Source: Rebecca billardiae RCC1528
Taxonomy: Eukaryota; Protista; Haptophyta
Direction: 5' to 3'
DNA length: 64,000 bases
Assembly (NCBI GenBank): GCA_965240325.2
Contig: OZ251239.1
Span: 62,001-126,000 of the forward strand
Shown: positions 57,263-64,000 of the stretch, piece by piece
Position numbering within the stretch: the first letter of the stretch is position 1
How the letters are laid out: every line of letters starts with the position of its first letter
Notes under the pieces: generated by a model
What the model was told of the DNA's origin: nothing
Seen by the model: only the letters and a program-made list of their open reading frames with translations
Database searches by the model: none
Position numbers and translations under genes: made by a program

Positions 57263-60200
57263 TCGCTCCCGCCCGCGTCGCGCGTCGCCTCGCGCAGGGC
57301 GGCGCGGCGCGGGCACATGTCCGCGGTGAAGATGCTGATCGACGCGGGCGCGCAGTGCAACGCCACGCACGTCAAGGGCTGGTCCGCGCTCCACCTCGCC
57401 GCCGCGTGCGGCCACGCTGAGATCATCTCTGTGCTGAACGCGCACGGCGGCTCCATCCACGCGCAGACGGCGAACGGCTCGACGGCGCTGCACCTGGCGT
57501 CGTCGCAGGGGCACCTGAAGAGCGTGGAGGTGCTGCTCGCGCTCGACACCTCCGGCCAGCTCGTGCACGTCACCGACAAGCACGCCGCCACCGCGCTGCA
57601 CCTCGCGGCGGCCGCGCGCGCCGAGCCCGTCGTCGAGCTGCTGCTGCGCTACGGGGCGGCGCGCGAGGGGCGCGACGACCAGGGGCGCACGCCGCTCGAG
57701 ATCCTGATGGAGAAGAAGGCGGCGACGCCGCGGCTGCTGCGCCTGCTCTCCTCCTCCGAGGCGATCGAGGAGCTCCGCGCCGCCGTGCTCGGCGGCGCCG
57801 CCGGCTCGGCGGCGGCGCGGCGCGGCGCGACGCCGGCGTCGGCGTCGGCGCTGCGCGCGGCGACGCCGGCGGCTGCGGGCGCGGCGCAGCCGGCGGCGGC
57901 CGAGCCGGCGGTGGCGCGCGCGTCGCAGAGCGCGCTGGACAAGCTCGCGGCGGAGGTCGCCGAGGTGCGCGAGACCGTCGGCTCGCTGCACGAGACCGCC
58001 ACCGCCTCCGCCGCCGGCGTGGAGGACGCGGACCGTCGCATCGACGCGCTGCGCGCCGAGCTCAGGGCGGCGTCCACCGACCTGCCGCAGACGGTGGACG
58101 TGCTGCGGCAGGTGGTCGAGGCGGCGGACGGGAACACGGGCAAGGTGGCGGCGCGCGTCGAGGAGCTCGCCGTCGCGCTCTCGCAGGCCGAGGCCGATCT
58201 CGGTGCGCGCGCGCGGCCGGCTGCGCTCGTGGCGGCAGGGCGGCGGGCGGCGGCGGGCGGCGGCGGTGGGCGGTGGGCTGTGGGCGGTGGGCGGTGGGCA
58301 TGCCACGCTGGCGCGGGCGCGTGCTGCCTCGGGCTCTGGCACGCGGGCTGGGAGCGCCGCGCGTGCGCGCGCGCGCGCGCTCGCTCACGCCCGCGCGCCG
58401 CCGCGCGGCGCGCGCCGCGCCGCGCAGCCGGCGTGAAGCGCGACGTGGCGGCCGCACGGGCGGACGGCGCGGCGCTGGCCACGGCCGAGCGCGCGCTGGC
58501 GAGCGCGCAGGAGTCGGCGGCGGCGGTGAAGGAGGCGCGGGACGCGCTTGGCTCGGCGGAGCGCACGCTGGAGCAGCAGCAGGAGCGCATGGACGCGACC
58601 AACAAGCTGGTGCGCGCGCGCCCCTGCTGCCGCCGTGCGGGCCCCCCTGCCGCCCCGCTCGCGCGCGAGCGCGGGCGCTGCTGCGCCCACGCGTGCGCCG
58701 GCACCACCCCGTGCTTTTTTATTTACAACAAATTAAAAACAAACCACGGACCACCTCGCCCACGCGTGGTCTCGTGTGGCCCTCGCCCCGCCCCGCGCCG
58801 TGCCGCGCGCAGGTGAAGACGCTCGAGGGCTCGGCGGACAAGGCGGAGGCGGCGGCGGCCGCGTGGCGCGAGGCAACCGCGCACGAGCTGCGCGAGCGGT
58901 GCAAGGCGGCGGAGAAGGCGGCGGAGGTGCGCACGCGCGGAGCGCGCATGCGCACGCAGCGCGCGGCGCGGCGCTCAGAGCGCGGGCAGGGCAGCGCGCG
59001 CGCGCTGCCCTGCCCCTCTGCGCGCGCGTCGCTCTCAGCCCGGCCTCCCTGCCGCGCCGTGCGGTGCACACCTAACCCTAAACCCTAACCCTAACCCTAA
59101 CCCTAACCCTAACCCCTCCCTAACCGCGCGGTGCGGTGCACACCCGCCGTGTGTCACCCGCCGTGTGTGTGTGTGCCCCCGCCGTGCCCTCTGCCGCTGT
59201 GTGTCCCCTGCCGCCAGGCCGCCTCTGCAAAGGTGGCCGCGTGCGAGAAGGCCTTCGAGAAGAAGCTCGACAAGACGGTGCGTGCGCGCGGCACCCGAGC
59301 GCGCGCGCGCGCGGCGTGCGTGCGCGTGCGCGCTGGCTTGCCGTGGGGTGCGGCCGGCGCGCGCCGCGAGGCCGCGCGCCGCGCGCGCCGAGCGGCGCGC
59401 GACTCACGCCCCCGCTCTGCTCGGCCGCGCGCCCCGCCCCGCCCACGCCTCGGCCGCGCGCGCGCGCGCGCGCAGGCGGTGTCGATGGAGTCGAAGCTGG
59501 CGAAGGCGGGCAAGGAGGCGGCGGCGGCGCGCGAGCTGGGACAGGCGGCGCAGGCGCAGGCGCGCGCGCTGGAGGCGGTTACCAAGGAGGCTGAGGGGGC
59601 GCTCTCCGCCGTGCAGTCGGCGGTGGCGACGCTCGAGGCGGGCGCGGCCGACGCCGCCTCGCGCGCGCAGGCCGACACCGCCGCCCTCCGCGCGGAGGCG
59701 GAGGCGCTCCGCACCGCGATGGACGCCGTGCGCGCGGACGTGTCGGCGGCGCGCGACGGCGCCGACGACGCGTCGACGCGCGCCGCCATCGACGCCGCCG
59801 CCTCCGCCGCGGCGCTCGCGGGCGAGGGCGTCGCCGCGCTCGAGGCGGCGCTGGAGGAGCAGGGCTCGGCGCAGCGCGCGGCGCACGCCGCCCTCTCCGA
59901 CCGCCTCGCCGCGTCCGTCGACGCCGCGGCGGCGGACACGCGCGCCGCGGAGTCGGCGCTGCGCGCCGAGCTTGCCTCGGGCCTAGACGCTGCGGGCGCG
60001 CGCGCCAAGGCGGAGGCGGCGCGCGTCGAGGCGCGCGTGGACGCGCTGCACGCGAGCGCGGGCGCGCGCGCCGACGCGGGCGCGCTCGCGCGCGACGACG
60101 CGAGCGCGCTCCGCGCCGCGCTCGCCTCGGCGGAGGCCAAGGCCAGCGCGGGCGCAGAGACAAACGCTGCTGGCGTCGAGGGGTGCCGCGCGCGGCTGGC

Positions 60201-61922
60201 CGCGCTCGAGGCGCGCACCGACGCGCTCGAGGGCAAGGCGGCGGACGCGCGCACGGCGGTGGCGTCGCTCGCCGAGCGCGCCGCCGCGGCCGAGGCCGCC
60301 GCCGCCGCCGCCGCCGCCGCCGTCGACGCCAAGCTCGGCGCGGCCGACGGCGCGCGCTCGGCCGAGGCGGCGGTGGCGGCCGCCGAGCGCGCCGCCGCCG
60401 CCAAGGCCGCGAGCGCCGCGCAGACGGCCGCCGCCGACGCCGCGGCGCGCGCGGCGGCGCTCGCGGAGCGCGTGGACGGCCTCGACGCGGCGCGCGCCGC
60501 CGACGCCGCCTCGCACGCCGCGGCGATCGCGCGCGCGCTCGACGCCACCGCCGCGCTCGAGGCGGCGCACGCGCAGACGGCGGCTAAGCTCGGCGCTGAC
60601 GCGAGCGCGCGCGAGGCCGCGCTCGCCGCGCTCGGCGCGCGCGTCGAGAGCGCGCGCGAGGCGGGCGAGGCGACGGAGCAGCGCGTGCGCGCGCTCGACG
60701 CGGCGCACGGCGCGACGGCCGACGCGGCGCGCGCCGCCGCCGCCGCCGCCGCCGAGGCCAAGGCCGCCGCCGCCGCCGCGGCCGCGGAGAGCGCCGCGCA
60801 CGCGCGCTCGCTCGAAGCGGCTGCCTCGGCGCGCGCCGAGCTCGGCGGCACCGCGGCGAAGGCGGAGGCGGCGGCGGCGAGCGCGGCGGGCGCGGCGAAG
60901 GAGGCGAAGGAGGCGGGCGCGTCCGCCGCGCGCGCGCTCTCCGCGCGCGTCGACGACATCGACGCCGCCGTGCAGCACACCGCGCGGCGCGCGGCCGCGC
61001 TCGAGGCGGCGGCGGCGGGCGGCGGCGCCGCCGCGTCCGAGCGTGACTCGGCCGCGCTCGCCGCGGGCGAGAGCGCGTCGGCGGCGGCCGCGCGCGCGTC
61101 GGCGGCGGAGCGCGCGGCGGCGCACGCCGCGACGAAGGCCGAGGCGGCGGAGGCGGCCGCGAGGCGCGCCGCCGACGCCGCCGCCGCGCGCGCCTCCTCC
61201 GCGCCGCCGGCCGGCGCGCTACGCGGCGTGCCGGTCGGCGAGGCCGTGCCGCCGACCGCGCCCGCGCCCTCCGCCACCGTCGCGGCGGCGGCGGCGGCGG
61301 AGCCGGCGGCGGAGGCTGCGGCGCGCGGCGGCGCGCCGCGCGCGCGCGTCCACGCGTGCTGGCGCGTCGCCGCGCTGCTCGCCGCCCTCCTCGCCCTCCT
61401 CGGCACGCTGAGCGCGCTCGGCGCCGCCGTGCAACTGCACCGGCTGTCGCACGCGGCCGGCTATGGCTCCGCCTTCTCGTCTGGCCTCGGCCAGCCGCTG
61501 GCGGCGGTGTGGCCGGGCGCAGAGGCGGCGGCGGCGGCGGCGGCGGCGGGCGGCGGCGGCGGCGCGTTCGGTGGCGGCGCGGGCGGCGGCGGCGGCGGCG
61601 TGCACACCAAGCGCGTGGCGGAGGCGGCACAGATGGCGGAGGCGGCGCACGCGAGCGCCGCCGCCGCGACAAAGGCAACCGCCGCCCTCACCTCCGACCT
61701 GGGCGGCGTGCGCGCGGCGGTGGCGGCGCTGCAGAAGCGCGCGGACGCGCCGCCGCCGCCCGCGCGCGCGGAGGACGGCTCGCCCGCCGCGTCCGCGAGC
61801 AAGCTCGACGCGACCGACGCGGCGGTGGCGAGCGCGGCCGCGAGCGCGGCGTCGGTGGCCAAGCGGCTGGCGGCCGCGGAGCGCACGGCGAGCGACGCCG
61901 CCGCCGTCGCCGCCGAGGCGAA

Positions 61923-61964
<42 letters not shown>

Positions 61965-62892
61965 CGCGGCGGCGGCGACGGCGCCGCCCGCGCCAACGCC
62001 CGCGCCCGCGCCAACGCCGCCCTCGCCCGCGCCCGCCGCGCTCACCGCCTCGGACGCGGCCGCGCTCGGCGCCGCGAGCGCCGCCGCCGCCGCCGCCGAG
62101 GCGGCCTCGGCCGACGCGCTCGCGCGCGCCAAGCGCGCCGAGCCCGCGCTCGCCGACGCGGCGGCCGCGGCGAAGGCGGCCGACGCGGCGGCGGCCGCGT
62201 CGGCCGCGGCGACCGAGCACGCGCGCGCGCTCGCCGCCGACGTCGCCGCGCTGCGCAAGGAGGCAGCGGGCGCGCAGCAGACGGCGAGCGCGGCCGACGC
62301 GGCCGTCGGCACACTCAAGGTGCGCGTGGACGCGCTCGCCTCGCGCCTCGACGCGCTGCCCGCGCAGATGGCGGCGGCGCGGCCGCCGGCGCCGCCGCCC
62401 GCGGGGCCGCCCTCCGCCGCGCTCGCGCGCGCGGACGCGAGCATGGCCAAGGCGGCGGAGCGCGCGGCTCGCGAGGCCAAGGCCGCGGCGGACGCCGCCG
62501 CCGCGGCGCTCGCGCGCGCGGACAGCGCCGCCGAGCGCGCGCGCGCCGTCGAGAAAAGCGCGACCGAGCAGAGCGGCCGGCGCGCGCGCGCGGACGCGCA
62601 GCGCGACGAGGCGGCCGCAAAGGCGACCGAGCTCGCGACCGCCGCGGCGCGGGCCGCCGAGGCGCGCGCCGAGCAGGTGCGCACGCGGACGGCGGCGGAC
62701 ATAGCATCCGTGCGAGCCGAGGTGCGCGCGCTCGCCGCGCGCACTGCCACCGCCGCCGCCGCTTCGTCCGCCGCCGGCCCCGAGCCCGCGCTCGCGCGCA
62801 CGGGCCGCCACGTGCCCGGCATGGCCGCCGGCGTGCTCACCTACCTGGTCGACCGCTGCCGCGGCCGCGCCAACTGCGTCTCCATGCTCTGA
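56755..62892 (+). CDS. Ankyrin-repeat protein with long Ala-rich coiled coils and one TM helix; about 6 exons
   Basis: ~6 ANK repeats (GWSAIHLVAEHGH, RWTPLMW, GWSALHLAA, GSTALHLAS, ATALHLAA, GRTPL). GT-AG introns at ~57132-57297, 58203-58427, 58610-58813, 58927-59217, 59278-59475. TM VAALLAALLALLGTLSALGAAV at ~61366-61431. Confidence 0.8.
59070..59125. repeat. Intronic telomere-like (CCCTAA)n tract
   Basis: About 8 partly degenerate units, flanked by a duplicated gtgcggtgcacacc (59059-59072 / 59131-59144). Confidence 0.9.
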
Positions 62893-63519
62893 GCGCCAAC
62901 TGCGGCGGCATGCTCTGAGCGCCGTGGCGCGGCGACGTGGCTGGCGGCCCGATGGGGCCAGCCTACGAGCTCGGCCCCGTCCGGCCACGGCGCTGACGCC
63001 GCGCGCCACTCTGGCACTCGCCCGATCGTCACGGTCAGTCAGACAGCGCGAGCCGTTGGGACTGCTCGGTCTCCGGGACTCGGGACAGACTGACGACAGT
63101 CGGGGGCGGTGCCCGTCGATCTCGGGTCAGGGCTCAGGCTGCTCGGCGCGCCGACTGTCCCGCGATCCACTACATCAGCAATGCAGTTTACTATACTAAC
63201 TGAGTCACTACTGTAGTACTCTGTAGTCGTCATGCCCCGTGCCCGTGGCCGTGGCCGTGGGCCGTGGCGGGCGGCCCGCGGCGGCCCGGCGGGGGCCGGG
63301 GGGGGTCGGCGCGCGGGTCGTGCCAGTGCTGTAAGTGTATAGCTAGCTAGCAGTCATCGCGCATCAATAATATGATGTTTCTCTGCGGGTTCGCGCGTAG
63401 TATAGCAGTATCTTTATTTATATTATAATTATAATATATTCCACATATTCGCTCGCGTGGCCGTTGGTGACGGAGAGTCGGACCACGGGACCAGTGTGAG
63501 TGACACCTGCTGATTGCTG

Positions 63520-63900
63520 ATTTGCTGAAGTTCTCCCACGAGCGTACACGTCGTCCGGTGTGCGCATCATCAGCGAGGCCCACACCCATACGAGGGAATG
63601 TGCATCAGCACGCGGGGCGGGGCGGGTAGCCCGTTGCTCCGCGCGAGCGCGGGTGCGCGCTGTATGTGCCGCATCTCGACCGCGATGGCGTAATCGAGCG
63701 CCTCGCCGCCGACGAAGCTGCCGCGCCAGAGTAGATGATGTGCATGCATGTCCTCCTGCCGCAAGCCGAGAGCGGTCGTCGCGAGGATGCTTGCCGATGT
63801 CCGCTCCGGGCATCATGGGCTCGGCGCAGGTCGCGTTAGCATCGTACACGGCCGCCACGCTGAGCACGAGCGCGTTGACGTTCACGCGGTCGTCGCTCTT
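63520..63900 (-). pseudogene. Frameshifted remnant, possibly Ulp1/C48-peptidase-like transposon cargo
   Basis: Fragments HHLLWRGSFVGGEALDYAIA…VLMHIPSY / VWASLMMRTPDDVY in different frames resemble the Ulp1 N-terminal pattern; no catalytic residues seen. Confidence 0.25.
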
Positions 63901-64000
63901 CGCATCTTCGACAGGTCTGGCGTCCGCGTGTTCGGCGGCACGAGGAGCTGTTGGTTGTGCGCGCGCCCGCGCACAGCGACAGCGTGTGCCTCGCGATCGA

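Noticed and set aside
59070-59125. Chromosome end
   Set aside because: Short tract inside an intron with continuous gene sequence on both sides.
62860-62892. CaaX prenylation motif
   Set aside because: The terminus is CVSML; the Cys is at -5, not -4.

Overview
Eukaryotic, extremely GC- and CpG-rich genomic DNA with short GC-rich spliceosomal introns (GT-AG and at least one GC-AG) and TTAGGG-type telomeric tracts. By inference this is a haptophyte alga, plausibly Pavlovales/Diacronema-like. About 15 host genes are recognisable: an HPt protein, a PH+ADF-H actin regulator, an ABCG transporter, a TPR/FN3 protein, a membrane-anchored pseudo-protease, an MIU-motif protein, an APH/EcKL-like kinase, a HAD phosphatase, a VOC protein, a twin-CX9C protein, an EXPERA protein, an RJL GTPase, a divergent DMC1, an ankyrin/coiled-coil membrane protein and a hypothetical ORF. 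They are interleaved with many non-autonomous DNA transposons (Tc1/mariner/pogo-type MITEs, CACTA-like, piggyBac-like, Stowaway-like), two ~180-187 bp tandem arrays and decaying gene copies. No autonomous transposase, CRISPR array, rRNA or tRNA was seen. The most unusual signals are: (i) a pervasive 'local duplication + filler' insertion process that erodes non-genic DNA, including a telomeric-repeat insertion that duplicates a kinase catalytic loop in frame; (ii) a bacterial-style composite transposon made of two 794-bp TIR elements with TA only at the outer ends; (iii) a foldback-like arrangement of a two-spacer ~180-bp satellite; and (iv) an intronless surface protein whose V8-type protease triad is entirely replaced. 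All calls are from reading the sequence by eye.
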